NCBI RefSeq assembly: GCF_049554935.1
Contig: NZ_CP186926.1
Coordinates: 1,056,001-1,120,000 of the forward strand
Length of the DNA: 64,000 nt
Direction of reading: 5' to 3'
Origin: Methanocaldococcus indicus
GTDB lineage: Archaea > AGJL01 > Methanococci > Methanococcales > Methanocaldococcaceae
Positions 41,207-51,145 of the stretch are shown here, piece after piece. Below the pieces are notes generated by a model, which was given only the letters and a program-made list of their open reading frames with translations, ran no database searches and was not told the DNA's origin. A program made the position numbers and the translations under genes. Position 1 is the first letter of the stretch. The number at the start of each line of letters is the position of its first letter.

Positions 41207-41731
41207 ATGGAAATACTAAAAAAAGTGTTAAAACTTAGATTAGGAGATGATAAATTTAAAACACTAAGTAATCATGTAAAAAATTTAGATGATGCTTTAT
41301 TCTCTTATATTATAAAAAGATTAGAAATTTATGAAAGTATTGTTAATAAATATAAACCAAAAGTTAGACCTGCCTTAGACCCTTATGTCTCTTCTGAATT
41401 AGGAATTTACAGAAGATTGGATGATAAAGAAATTGGCGAATTTTTAGGATATCCTGAATGTTGCATTAATTCTTTTATAAATGGGAGGGTTGTTATTGAT
41501 GAAGAGCATATGAAAGAACTAAAAGAAATAAAAAACTGTCATGCAGTAGTTCTAACATCTGGATTTATTCCATGTTCTATAAAATGTCAGAGAGCAATTA
41601 AAAATAAGTTAATAGGCTATTTATCTTATGAAGATTTTGAAGTTATTTTAAAAGTTGAAGAAGAGCTTAAAAAGAATTTACCTCATTATCATTATGGATA
41701 TACAGAATATTATGAAAAATTTATAATATAA
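41207..41731 (+). CDS. DUF483 family protein
   Basis: GEFLGYPECCI, FIPCSIKC. Confidence 0.8.
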   Translation: MEILKKVLKLRLGDDKFKTLSNHVKNLDDALFSYIIKRLEIYESIVNKYKPKVRPALDPYVSSELGIYRRLDDKEIGEFLGYPECCINSFINGRVVIDEEHMKELKEIKNCHAVVLTSGFIPCSIKCQRAIKNKLIGYLSYEDFEVILKVEEELKKNLPHYHYGYTEYYEKFII

Positions 41732-41743
41732 AGTTGATGTCTT

Positions 41744-42958
41744 ATGGTTGAGCTATTATCTCCAGCTAATGATTTAACATGTTTAAAAACAGCTATTAAT
41801 TATGGAGCAGATGCTGTTTATTGTGGATTAAAAGAGTTTAGTATGAGAGCCAATGCTAAAAACTTTACAAGAGATGAGTTAAAAGAAGGAATAAAGTATG
41901 CTCATCTAAATAACAAAAAAGTATATTTATGCTTAAATACAGTAATCTATGAAAATGATTTAAAGAAAGTTGAAGAGATTTTAGATTTTGCAAATTCAGC
42001 TGAGGTAGATGCTGTTATAGTTAGTGATTTAGGGACTATGCAGTTAGCTAAAGAGTTTGGTTTTAGAATTCATGCAAGTGTTCAATGTAATATAACAAAT
42101 TCATTAACAGCTAAGTTCTATTCTAAATTTGCTAAAAGAGTTATATTATCAAGAGAATTGACCTTAAACCAAATAAAAGAAATTAGAAATAATTTAAAAA
42201 AAGATAAAATTGATTTAGAATTGGAAGGATTTGTTCATGGAGCTTTATGTGTTGCTATAAGTGGAAGATGCTTTTTAAGCTCTTATCTCTTTGGAAGACA
42301 TGCAAATTGTGGAGATTGCCTACAACCATGTAGAAGAAGATGGAAATTAATTAATGAGCATTTTGATGGAACCTATGAAGTTGTATGTGAGGGAAAATAT
42401 TTATTATCTCCAAAGGATTTATGTATGATTGAGCACATTCCTAAGTTAATGGAAGTTTTTGATTCTTTTAAAATTGAAGGTAGAGCAAAAAATGTAGATT
42501 ATGTTATGAGAACAACAAAAATTTATAGAGAAGCTATAAATAGTGTTTTAGATGGAACATATTATGAAAAATTAGATTACTTTAAAAAAGAGCTTCAAAA
42601 AATCTATAATAGAGAATATGATACAGGATTTTATTTCAGAGATGTAATTAAAGAGCATGATTTCCAATACAATATTGAAGGTAATGCCTCAAAATATAGA
42701 AAGATAGAGATTGGAAGAGTAGTTAATTTCTACAAAAAAATTAATGTTGCTGAAATTGAACTTTATGGTGATATAAAAGTTGGAGATACTATTTTAATAA
42801 TTGGAAAAACAACTGGATGTATTGAAGAAAAAATAAAAGAAATGCAAATAAATCATAAATTTGTTGATTATGCTAAAAAAGGAGACAGAGTAGGAATTAA
42901 ATTAAATCATTTAGTTAGAGAAGGAGATAGAGTATATTTATTGAAGAAAATTGTTTAA
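41744..42958 (+). CDS. Peptidase U32 family Fe-S protein (possible RNA hydroxylation)
   Basis: GADAVY, HASVQ, FVHGALC..SGRC, CLQPCR, KIEGR. Confidence 0.9.
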   Translation: MVELLSPANDLTCLKTAINYGADAVYCGLKEFSMRANAKNFTRDELKEGIKYAHLNNKKVYLCLNTVIYENDLKKVEEILDFANSAEVDAVIVSDLGTMQLAKEFGFRIHASVQCNITNSLTAKFYSKFAKRVILSRELTLNQIKEIRNNLKKDKIDLELEGFVHGALCVAISGRCFLSSYLFGRHANCGDCLQPCRRRWKLINEHFDGTYEVVCEGKYLLSPKDLCMIEHIPKLMEVFDSFKIEGRAKNVDYVMRTTKIYREAINSVLDGTYYEKLDYFKKELQKIYNREYDTGFYFRDVIKEHDFQYNIEGNASKYRKIEIGRVVNFYKKINVAEIELYGDIKVGDTILIIGKTTGCIEEKIKEMQINHKFVDYAKKGDRVGIKLNHLVREGDRVYLLKKIV

Positions 42959-43114
42959 AGATAAATATACAGTTAGCAATGATGATTTATTTGTTAAAAG
43001 GAGTTATCTTAATTTTTAAACTTATTGATGTAAGTTTAAAACCACAGAGTTTTTTAGTTTAGAATGCTATAAAGAAGATTCTATAGAAAATATCATTTAA
43101 TATTTATTTTACTT

Positions 43115-43150
43115 GTTCATAAAATATGAAATTTTATTCAAAATAGTAAA
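43115..43150 (+). promoter_or_regulatory. 36-bp box copy 1 (contains TTCATA-AAA-TATGAA) immediately upstream of TATA-like TTTATATT before phoA
   Basis: Identical to 46033-46068. Confidence 0.75.
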
Positions 43151-43202
43151 ATTTATATTCCTGATAATAGAAAAATATTATTTGTAAATTATTACATGTG
43201 AG

Positions 43203-44684
43203 GTGATTATTCCCATGAAAAAATTAGTATCCCTATTCTTGATAGTTGGAATATTATTTTCAGTAAGTATCTGTGGGTGTATAACAGAATCATCCCATAT
43301 AAAAGAAACTGAAAAAATTGAAGGCTCTAAATTGACATTATCTAAACCTAAAAATGATAATAAAAAAGTTAAAAATGTTATTTTGATGATAGGAGATGGA
43401 ATGGGAATTACTCAAACATATCTTGCTGAAAGATATAAAGAAGAGATTGAAAATGGACATCTTGTAATATTAACAAACTTTAAGACAAGAGGAACAATAA
43501 CTACTTACTCTTTAAGTTCTGAAGTTACTGATTCAGCCGCAGCTGGAACTGCACTTTTGTCAGGTTATAAAACTAACAACGGAATGATAAATATTCTGCC
43601 TAATGGTTCAATACCAAGAAAGACACTTGGAGAAATTGCAAAAGAAAAAGGAAAGTCTGTAGGTATTGTAACAACAACAAGGGTAACTCATGCTACTCCA
43701 GCATCAGTTTATGCCCATATAAAAGATAGAGAGGAAGAGGATAAAATTGCTGAACAGCTTTTAGAATTTGAGCCAGATGTTGTTCTTGGTGGAGGATTAG
43801 AGTACTTTATACCAAAAGATGAAAAAGGAAGTAAAAGAAAAGACAATAAGAATCTTATTGAAGAATTTAAAAAGAAGGGTTATACTATTGTTTATAATAA
43901 AGAAGAGTTAGAAAAAGTAAATCCAGAAAATACTAAGAAATTATTAGGATTGTTTTCTATGTCTCACATGGCTTATGAGATAGATAGGGAAAATATTCCT
44001 GAATATCAAAATCAACCATCATTGGCTGAAATGACTAAAAAAGCATTAGAAATATTAGATAAAAATCCAAATGGTTTCTTTTTAATGGTTGAAGGTGGAA
44101 GAATAGACCATGCTTGTCATGCTCATGATGCTAAATCAGAGATTATGGATACAATTGCGTTTGATGAAGCTGTTAAAGTAGCTCTTGATTATCAAAAGAA
44201 GCATCCAGATACATTAATTATTGTCACAGCAGACCATGAAACTGGAGGATTAAGTATAGGTAGAGGAACAGGATATTATGCAAATATAACAGCTTTAAAA
44301 CCTATTGATGCAAGTATTGGATTTATGAGCAAAGAAATCTTAAAAAATCCAAATAAAGAGTTTGTTTTAAATCTGATTAAAACCTATTGGCATATTAATT
44401 TAACTGATAAAGAGAAAGAGCTTTTATTTAAATATCCACTAACATCAAAGATAAACGATTCAAACCTTTTAAATAACTATCCAAAAATAAACCATTACGT
44501 ACATTGCTGGGCTGGTTTTGCTCTATCTGAAATTGAGAGTAGAAGAGCAAATATTGGATGGACTTCATTTGCACACACAGCAGTTCCTGTTCCAGTGTAT
44601 GCAAAAGGTCCTGGAGAAGAGATGTTTGAGGGCTTTTACGACAACACAGATATACCAAAGAAGATAGAGCAAATTTGGACATAA
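43203..44684 (+). CDS. phoA: Alkaline phosphatase, lipoprotein (likely start MKKLV)
   Basis: IGDGMG, DSAAAGTAL (catalytic Ser), THATPA, EGGRIDHACH, TADHETGG; lipobox-like ICGC. Confidence 0.95.
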   Translation: MIIPMKKLVSLFLIVGILFSVSICGCITESSHIKETEKIEGSKLTLSKPKNDNKKVKNVILMIGDGMGITQTYLAERYKEEIENGHLVILTNFKTRGTITTYSLSSEVTDSAAAGTALLSGYKTNNGMINILPNGSIPRKTLGEIAKEKGKSVGIVTTTRVTHATPASVYAHIKDREEEDKIAEQLLEFEPDVVLGGGLEYFIPKDEKGSKRKDNKNLIEEFKKKGYTIVYNKEELEKVNPENTKKLLGLFSMSHMAYEIDRENIPEYQNQPSLAEMTKKALEILDKNPNGFFLMVEGGRIDHACHAHDAKSEIMDTIAFDEAVKVALDYQKKHPDTLIIVTADHETGGLSIGRGTGYYANITALKPIDASIGFMSKEILKNPNKEFVLNLIKTYWHINLTDKEKELLFKYPLTSKINDSNLLNNYPKINHYVHCWAGFALSEIESRRANIGWTSFAHTAVPVPVYAKGPGEEMFEGFYDNTDIPKKIEQIWT

Positions 44685-44758
44685 ATACATATTATTTTTT
44701 AATAATCTTTATTTAATCTTTATTTTTATTATTATAATCTTTTAATTTTGGTGGTTAA

Positions 44759-44971
44759 ATGATTAAAGTTTTAAGAGTTGATGCATCAAATTTTAATAAA
44801 AATGTTGGTGATGTTGTAAAAAAAGGAGAAGTTATTGGATATTTAAAAAATCTACCAGTTGTTTCAGATATTAACGGAATAATTGACTGTATATACTTTG
44901 ATGAAGACAATCATGAATTGGAAATTGTTATTTTAAGTAGAAATGGTGAAAATAATGAAGGTAAATTCTAA
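44759..44971 (+). CDS. Small barrel-sandwich-hybrid (biotinyl/lipoyl-like) protein
   Basis: VGDVVKKGEVIG...VVSDINGII; lacks the canonical AMKM/DKA attachment motif. Confidence 0.55.
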   Translation: MIKVLRVDASNFNKNVGDVVKKGEVIGYLKNLPVVSDINGIIDCIYFDEDNHELEIVILSRNGENNEGKF

Positions 44972-46040
44972 AATAAAGCTTGAACTAATCTTTTTAACCT
45001 TAGTTACGATATTTTCAATTTTTATAATTCTTTACTCTCCACTTTATAAAAATACTAATGATTATTATTCAAAAAAAGGAGTAGTGATAAAAACAGAAGA
45101 TAATTTAGATTATAATGGAGTTGTTAAAATTGGTTTTCAAGATGTATGGGTTAAACTTTATGATAGTGGAAAAGTTTTAAAGTTTAGTAATGTTCTAAGA
45201 GGTAATTGGTTATTAGATAATTATTTTGAAAAAGGTGATAATGTTTTAGTTATATATAAAAAAGACACACCTATATATCTTACTTATGATAGGGTTGAGT
45301 ATTTTTTATATTTTATTTTAATGTTTTTAGGGTTAATTTTGATTATTGGGCAGTTTAGAGGTTTTAAAACTGCTATTTCTTTATTATTTACTGTGGTTAT
45401 GATATTCTACATTCTCCTTCCATTGATTATTAATGGATATAGTCCTATAACATTAACAATAACCATTATTGGGATTATAATATTTGTGTGCTTTTTTATC
45501 TTATGTGGATTTAACAAAAAGGTAGTATCTTCTTCACTTGGAACAATACTTGGAATTGTTGTTTCTGGATTGTTAGGTTATATTGGAATAAAGTTAATGA
45601 AACTACCACCTGGTGGATTTTCAGAATTTGTTCAGATGATTTTATTCACAGGATACTATATGGATTTTTATGGAATTTTAATTTCTTCAATCATTTTAGC
45701 ATCTCTTGGAGCTATTATGGATGTTGCCATTGATATATCCTCTGGATTGTATGAGATAAAAAGACATAAACCAGATATATCATTTAAAGAGCTTTTTGAA
45801 AGTGGGATGAATATTGGTAAGGATATAATGGGAACTATGGCAAATACTTTGATTTTAGTATATGTAGGCTCTTTAATAGCTCCTATTTTATATTTTATGA
45901 TTAAAGGAACTCCAATAGACATAATACTTAGCTATAATTTTATTGCATCAGAAATATTGGCAAGTTTATGTGGAAGTATTGGTATTGTATTAACAATTCC
46001 ATTAACTGCACTTATAGCTGCCTATCTATATAGTTCATAA
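44943..46040 (+). CDS. YibE/F family membrane protein
   Basis: LGAIMDVAIDI, SGMNIGKDIMGTMANTLILVYVG, GSIGIVLTIPLT. Confidence 0.9.
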   Translation: MVKIMKVNSKIKLELIFLTLVTIFSIFIILYSPLYKNTNDYYSKKGVVIKTEDNLDYNGVVKIGFQDVWVKLYDSGKVLKFSNVLRGNWLLDNYFEKGDNVLVIYKKDTPIYLTYDRVEYFLYFILMFLGLILIIGQFRGFKTAISLLFTVVMIFYILLPLIINGYSPITLTITIIGIIIFVCFFILCGFNKKVVSSSLGTILGIVVSGLLGYIGIKLMKLPPGGFSEFVQMILFTGYYMDFYGILISSIILASLGAIMDVAIDISSGLYEIKRHKPDISFKELFESGMNIGKDIMGTMANTLILVYVGSLIAPILYFMIKGTPIDIILSYNFIASEILASLCGSIGIVLTIPLTALIAAYLYSS

Positions 46041-46068
46041 AATATGAAATTTTATTCAAAATAGTAAA
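46033..46068 (+). promoter_or_regulatory. 36-bp box copy 2 immediately upstream of TATA-like TTTATATA before pstS
   Basis: Identical to 43115-43150; overlaps the YibE/F stop codon. Confidence 0.78.
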
Positions 46069-46138
46069 TTTTTTATATAAGTTTGAAGTTTATTAACTAA
46101 TGTCAGTCATTCATAAAAAATGACCTTTTGGTGATAGA

Positions 46139-47284
46139 TTGTTAAAAAAGTTCTTAGCAGTTCTATTAGCTTTGGCAATGATAGTTCCAATAATTAGCTT
46201 AGCAGGTTGTGTTGGAGGAGGTAATGAAAAGACAACAACTGTAAATACTAATGAAAAACCTAAAACCATTATTATAAGAACAGCAGGAGCTACATTTCCA
46301 ATGTATCAAATCCAAAAATGGATAGAAGACTATCAAAAAACTCATCCAAATGTTAAAATTGAATATGAAGGAGGAGGTTCAGGATACGGTCAAGAAGCAT
46401 TTTTAAAAGGATTAACTGATATTGGAAGAACAGACCCACCAGTTAAAGAAGATATGTGGAAAAAATTCTTACAAACAGGAGACCAACCTTTACAGTTTCC
46501 TGAAATTGTTGGAGCAGTTGTAGTTACATACAATATCCCAGAGATTGGAAATAAAACATTAAAATTAAGTAGAGATGTTTTAGCAGATATCTTTTTGGGT
46601 AAAATAGAATACTGGGATGATGAAAGAATCAAAAAATTAAACCCAGATATAGCTAATAAACTACCACACAAGAAGATAATAGTTGTTCATAGAAGTGATG
46701 CAAGTGGAACAACAGCCATATTTACAACATATTTAAGTTTAATAAGCAAAGAATGGGCAGAAAAAGTTGGAGCTGGAAAAATTGTTAATTGGCCAGTTGA
46801 TAAAATGGGGAGAGGTGTAGCTGGAAAGGGTAACCCTGGAGTAGTTGCGATAGTAAAATCAACACCATACTCAATAGCTTATACAGAGTTATCATATGCA
46901 ATTAAAAATAATTTACCAGTTGCAGCATTAGAAAATAAAGAAGGAAATTATGTTAAACCAACAGATGAAACTATAAAAGCTGCTGTTTCAGCAGTTAAGG
47001 CAAACATTCCAAATCCAACAGAAGGTTATAAGGAAGATTTAAAACAGATGTTAGATGCTCCTGGAAAAGATTCATATCCAATTGTTGCATTTACACACTT
47101 GTTAGTTTGGGAAAATAAAAATGGAAAGCATTATTCACCAGAAAAAGCTAAGGCTATAAAAGAGTTCTTAACTTGGGTTTTAACAGAAGGACAAAAACCT
47201 GAACATTTAGCTCCTGGATATGTAGGATTACCAAAAGATGTTGCTCAAATAGGATTGAATGCTGTTAATATGATTAAAGAATAA
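46139..47284 (+). CDS. pstS: Phosphate ABC transporter substrate-binding lipoprotein
   Basis: AGATFP, GGGSGYG, HRSDASGTT, YPI; lipobox LAGC. Confidence 0.95.
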   Translation: MLKKFLAVLLALAMIVPIISLAGCVGGGNEKTTTVNTNEKPKTIIIRTAGATFPMYQIQKWIEDYQKTHPNVKIEYEGGGSGYGQEAFLKGLTDIGRTDPPVKEDMWKKFLQTGDQPLQFPEIVGAVVVTYNIPEIGNKTLKLSRDVLADIFLGKIEYWDDERIKKLNPDIANKLPHKKIIVVHRSDASGTTAIFTTYLSLISKEWAEKVGAGKIVNWPVDKMGRGVAGKGNPGVVAIVKSTPYSIAYTELSYAIKNNLPVAALENKEGNYVKPTDETIKAAVSAVKANIPNPTEGYKEDLKQMLDAPGKDSYPIVAFTHLLVWENKNGKHYSPEKAKAIKEFLTWVLTEGQKPEHLAPGYVGLPKDVAQIGLNAVNMIKE

Positions 47285-47309
47285 TTTCTTTCTTTTTTTA
47301 CCTTTTTTG

Positions 47310-48012
47310 GAGAGTGTCAAGTTAAGCTTTTATTAATATATCGATAAAAAATAGTAAAATATGAAGCTCACGATAGAAGTCTTAAAGGAGAGAATCGAAG
47401 AGGAGAAGATTTTTAAAAGGAATAAGAAGTCGATAGAAGTTAAAATCTTAGCTGGGATTTTGTATTACCTTGGACTATCGTTGAGGAAAGTAAGTTTGTT
47501 TCTTTCCCAATTCGAAAGTATAAGCCATGAGTCGGTTAGGACTTATTATCACAAGATTAAAGAGGTTTTAAACGAACCTGAAAGAAAGGAAAGATACGCA
47601 ATTGCAATCGATGAGACCAAACTAAAGATTGGAAATGAAGTTATTTACGTATGGTCTGCTATTGATGTTGAATCGAAAGAGTGCTTGGGAGTTTATGTTT
47701 CTGAAACAAGAAACTACCTCGATACTATATTATTCGTTAAGAGCATATTAAAATTTTGCTCTAATAAGCCGAAGATTTTGGTCGATGGTGGAAGATGGTA
47801 TCCGTGGGCATTGCAAAGATTGGGTTTAGAATTTGAAAGAGTCAGATTCGGACTGAGAAATTGTGTAGAAAGCTTTTTCTCACTACTCAAACGAAGAACT
47901 AAAGCATTTTATAATAGGTTTCCTAATAACAGCAAATTCGATACAGTTGTTAGCTGGATTAAAAGTTTCATGATGTTCTACAATTGGTTGAAGTCGTTAA
48001 CTTGACAGTGTC
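47310..48012 (+). mobile_element. IS6-family insertion sequence, 703 bp (ISAMJ1/ISMja-like)
   Basis: 16-bp TIRs GAGAGTGTCAAGTTAA / TTAACTTGACAGTGTC (14/16); flanking direct repeat CCTTTTTTG at 47301-47309 and 48013-48021. Confidence 0.92.
47361..48005 (+). CDS. IS6-family DDE transposase
   Basis: [38 protein letters not shown]. Confidence 0.93.
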   Translation: MKLTIEVLKERIEEEKIFKRNKKSIEVKILAGILYYLGLSLRKVSLFLSQFESISHESVRTYYHKIKEVLNEPERKERYAIAIDETKLKIGNEVIYVWSAIDVESKECLGVYVSETRNYLDTILFVKSILKFCSNKPKILVDGGRWYPWALQRLGLEFERVRFGLRNCVESFFSLLKRRTKAFYNRFPNNSKFDTVVSWIKSFMMFYNWLKSLT

Positions 48013-48089
48013 CCTTTTTTGAATAAAAATTTTTATATAACATTCTAAGATTTTATTATATATACTAAACTCTTTTTTAGGTTTTTATT

Positions 48090-49079
48090 ATGAGATACTT
48101 TAAAATCTTAAATAATGAGAGATATACTAAGTTTTTGATAGCTAAGAGTATAGAAGTTGAAGATTTTAAAGATTTAGATTTGGAAGAATTATTTAATTTA
48201 CATTCTAAATATTTGAAAATATTATATAAGAATTTAGATAAAGAAGATATTCAAATTGCTTCACCAAACTTATTAGATTTAAAGATAGAGATAGCTAATA
48301 GAATATTTAAGAATTGCTATTTTTGTGAGCATAGATGTTATGTGAATAGAGAAAAAGAGAAAGGATTTTGTAGAATAAGAAGAAGTTGCTATTCAACTGA
48401 GTTTTTGCATTATGGAGAGGAAGATATTTTAATTCCTTCTCATACAATATTTTTCTGTGGATGTAACTTTAAATGTGTATTTTGTCAAAATTGGGACATA
48501 TCTCAGGTTTATTTTGAGAATATTCCTCATAATTGTAAGATATACAATCCAAAAGAAATGGCTAAAATTATTGAAGTTAGAAGAGGTAGAAATGTAAATT
48601 TTGTTGGTGGTGAGCCAACACCTCACCTACATAAAATTTTAGAAACATTAAAATATATTAATATAAACATTCCAATTGTCTGGAATTCTAATTTTTATTT
48701 AACTCCTGAAGGTATTGAGCTATTAAAAGGTGTTGTTGATATCTATTTAACTGATTTTAAATTTGGAAATAATAAATGTGGTGAAAGATTATCAAAAGTG
48801 AAGAATTACTTTGATATATTAAAAAGAAATCATCTATTAATTAAGGATGAAGAGATAATAATAAGACATTTAGTTATGCCAAATCATTTAATTTGTTGCA
48901 CAAATGAAATCTTTAGATTTATCTCAAAAAATTTAAAAAATGCATTAGTTAATGTTATGTTCCAATATCGTCCTGAATATAAAGCTAAGTTTTATAGAGA
49001 TATAAGTAGAACTTTAACTTATGATAAGATGATATTAGCTTTGGAATTGGCTAAAAAATATAAATTAAATCTTATCTAA
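48090..49079 (+). CDS. Radical SAM protein, PflX/PFL-activase-like
   Basis: CYFCEHRC, HYGEE, GCNFKCVFCQNWDIS, GGEPTP, RHLVMP. Confidence 0.9.
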   Translation: MRYFKILNNERYTKFLIAKSIEVEDFKDLDLEELFNLHSKYLKILYKNLDKEDIQIASPNLLDLKIEIANRIFKNCYFCEHRCYVNREKEKGFCRIRRSCYSTEFLHYGEEDILIPSHTIFFCGCNFKCVFCQNWDISQVYFENIPHNCKIYNPKEMAKIIEVRRGRNVNFVGGEPTPHLHKILETLKYININIPIVWNSNFYLTPEGIELLKGVVDIYLTDFKFGNNKCGERLSKVKNYFDILKRNHLLIKDEEIIIRHLVMPNHLICCTNEIFRFISKNLKNALVNVMFQYRPEYKAKFYRDISRTLTYDKMILALELAKKYKLNLI

Positions 49080-50720
49080 ATCTAACTCAAAGACAGCAAC
49101 TGGAAACTCTATTTCAAAGTTAGTTATAACCTCTGGATGAATCTCCCCAAAGAATCCTATAACTTTATCATCTACAACAACTTTTCCACATCTACCTTTT
49201 ATAAAAGAAGGATGTTCATATCTCTCAATTTCATAATTTAATTTTAACTCTCTCAATAATCCTTCACAAATTGCCTTTATATCATTAACACTTGCCTCAT
49301 TATCTAAAATAGCTGCACAAATCTTTTTAATCTCTCTTACTCTATTCTCTTGTTCTAAATCAATTTCTACACAATCACCAATTTCAAATATTTTTAATGG
49401 AAAGGCTTTATGTTGATTTATTTTTAATGTTTCTAATATTTGTGGGAGTAGTGATTTTCTTAAAATTCTATGTTCAATACTTGCAGGCTTTAAAACTTCA
49501 ATATAGTTATTATCTTCTATATTCATATTTTTAAATAATATTTTGTCATTAGATAACATTAAGTTAATAACTTCATAAAAACCAAAACCAACCATAATAT
49601 CTCTAATATTATCCAGCTTTTTCTCAAATTTATCTAACTCACCTATTGTAGCTATTGGTGGATATTCTCCCTTAAATTTGTCATATCCATAAGATATTGC
49701 TACCTCCTCAGCTATATCTCTCTCTTCAAATATATCTACTCTATAGGGTGGAATATATACTCTTAATTTATCTCCTAAAAAATCTGCATCCATCTTAGCT
49801 CTTCTTAAATAATTTATAATTATTCCTGGTTGTAAATTTAACCCTAAAATTTTGTTTATATTTTTATAATCAACATCTAAACTATCATAATCTAATTTAG
49901 GATATACCTCTTTTTTATTTTCTTTATATATAACTTCAACACTGTGAATTTTTGCATATTTTCTCTCAGATAGAGCAGTTACTAAAATATTTAAAGTCTT
50001 TTCAACTGCATACTTGTCAGTCCCAGTTACATCAATTAATATATTTCTTGTCTTTTCTGTAACTCTTGTTAGTTCTCCATTTATTATTGGAGGAAGTGAG
50101 AGAACTTTCCCTTCCTTATCTACTATAACTGGAAATTTATCTTTTATTAAATGCCTATATTTAATACCTTTTTCATGCTTTTCTAAAATCTCTCTTGCAG
50201 ATAACTCCTCATCAAAACCTAATGGGACAAATCTTATATCCTCAACTTCTTTATAGTAAAATGGTGGTTGCACTTTATCAAAGTCATGAACACCAATAGC
50301 TACTTTTTTTCTATCTCTACCTAACACCCAGTGTAATTTTTCTTGTAAATTTATAATACTCTCTAAAACATACTCATCAATAATTATTCCTTTAATTAAT
50401 GCCATAGCTATATATGGCCTTGTTTTAACATCTTCAACATAAAGTTTTATATCACTCTTCTCTACATCATACTTAGTTAATCCTAAATCAACTCCTATAA
50501 ATCCTCTAAAACCTCTGGCTAAACCTTCAATACTTAAATAATCAGGCCTATTTGGATTTATTGAAAATTGAATAATTTTCTCTCCATCTTCTTCATAAAT
50601 ATCTTCTACCTCAACTCCCATTAAAGGAAACTTTTCTTCAATATATTTATCTGAGAGTGGCATATTCACCAATCTCTCTAAGTCATACTTCTTTATATTC
50701 ACTGTTGGCATGTTATACAC
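49065..50720 (-). CDS. pheT: Phenylalanyl-tRNA synthetase beta subunit
   Basis: NRPDYLS, QEKLH, IPPYRVDI...DIAEEVAI, GEIHPEV. Confidence 0.97.
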   Translation of the reverse strand: MYNMPTVNIKKYDLERLVNMPLSDKYIEEKFPLMGVEVEDIYEEDGEKIIQFSINPNRPDYLSIEGLARGFRGFIGVDLGLTKYDVEKSDIKLYVEDVKTRPYIAMALIKGIIIDEYVLESIINLQEKLHWVLGRDRKKVAIGVHDFDKVQPPFYYKEVEDIRFVPLGFDEELSAREILEKHEKGIKYRHLIKDKFPVIVDKEGKVLSLPPIINGELTRVTEKTRNILIDVTGTDKYAVEKTLNILVTALSERKYAKIHSVEVIYKENKKEVYPKLDYDSLDVDYKNINKILGLNLQPGIIINYLRRAKMDADFLGDKLRVYIPPYRVDIFEERDIAEEVAISYGYDKFKGEYPPIATIGELDKFEKKLDNIRDIMVGFGFYEVINLMLSNDKILFKNMNIEDNNYIEVLKPASIEHRILRKSLLPQILETLKINQHKAFPLKIFEIGDCVEIDLEQENRVREIKKICAAILDNEASVNDIKAICEGLLRELKLNYEIERYEHPSFIKGRCGKVVVDDKVIGFFGEIHPEVITNFEIEFPVAVFELDLDKI

Positions 50721-50869
50721 CTACTTTCATATATTTTAATCTATGCATTTTATGACCAAAAGTTATAAATACTTTATATTTAGTTTATAGAGCTAATAAA
50801 AATTAATGTTTTATATATAAGCTTTCTATTTTTAAAACACAATAATAATATATTTAAGGGTTGATAAAG

Positions 50870-51145
50870 ATGCCAGCACCAAGATATAGGTCAAGAAGTT
50901 ATAGAAGAGTCTATAGAAGAACACCAGGAGGAAGAATAGTTATACATTATGAAAGAAGAAAGCCTGATAAACCAAAATGTGCAGTTTGTGGAGCAGAATT
51001 GCATGGAGTTCCAAGAGGAAGACCTGTTGAGATTAGAAAATTACCAAAAACACAAAGAAGACCTGAAAGACCTTATGGAGGCTATTTATGCCCAAAATGT
51101 TTAAAAAGATTAATGATTGAAAAAGCCAGAAACTTTGGGAAATAA
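50870..51145 (+). CDS. rpl34e: 50S ribosomal protein L34e
   Basis: [17 protein letters not shown]. Confidence 0.97.
   Translation: MPAPRYRSRSYRRVYRRTPGGRIVIHYERRKPDKPKCAVCGAELHGVPRGRPVEIRKLPKTQRRPERPYGGYLCPKCLKRLMIEKARNFGK

Noticed and set aside
42979-43050. ATGATGA box C-like motif
   Set aside because: No CTGA D or D' boxes at appropriate spacing.
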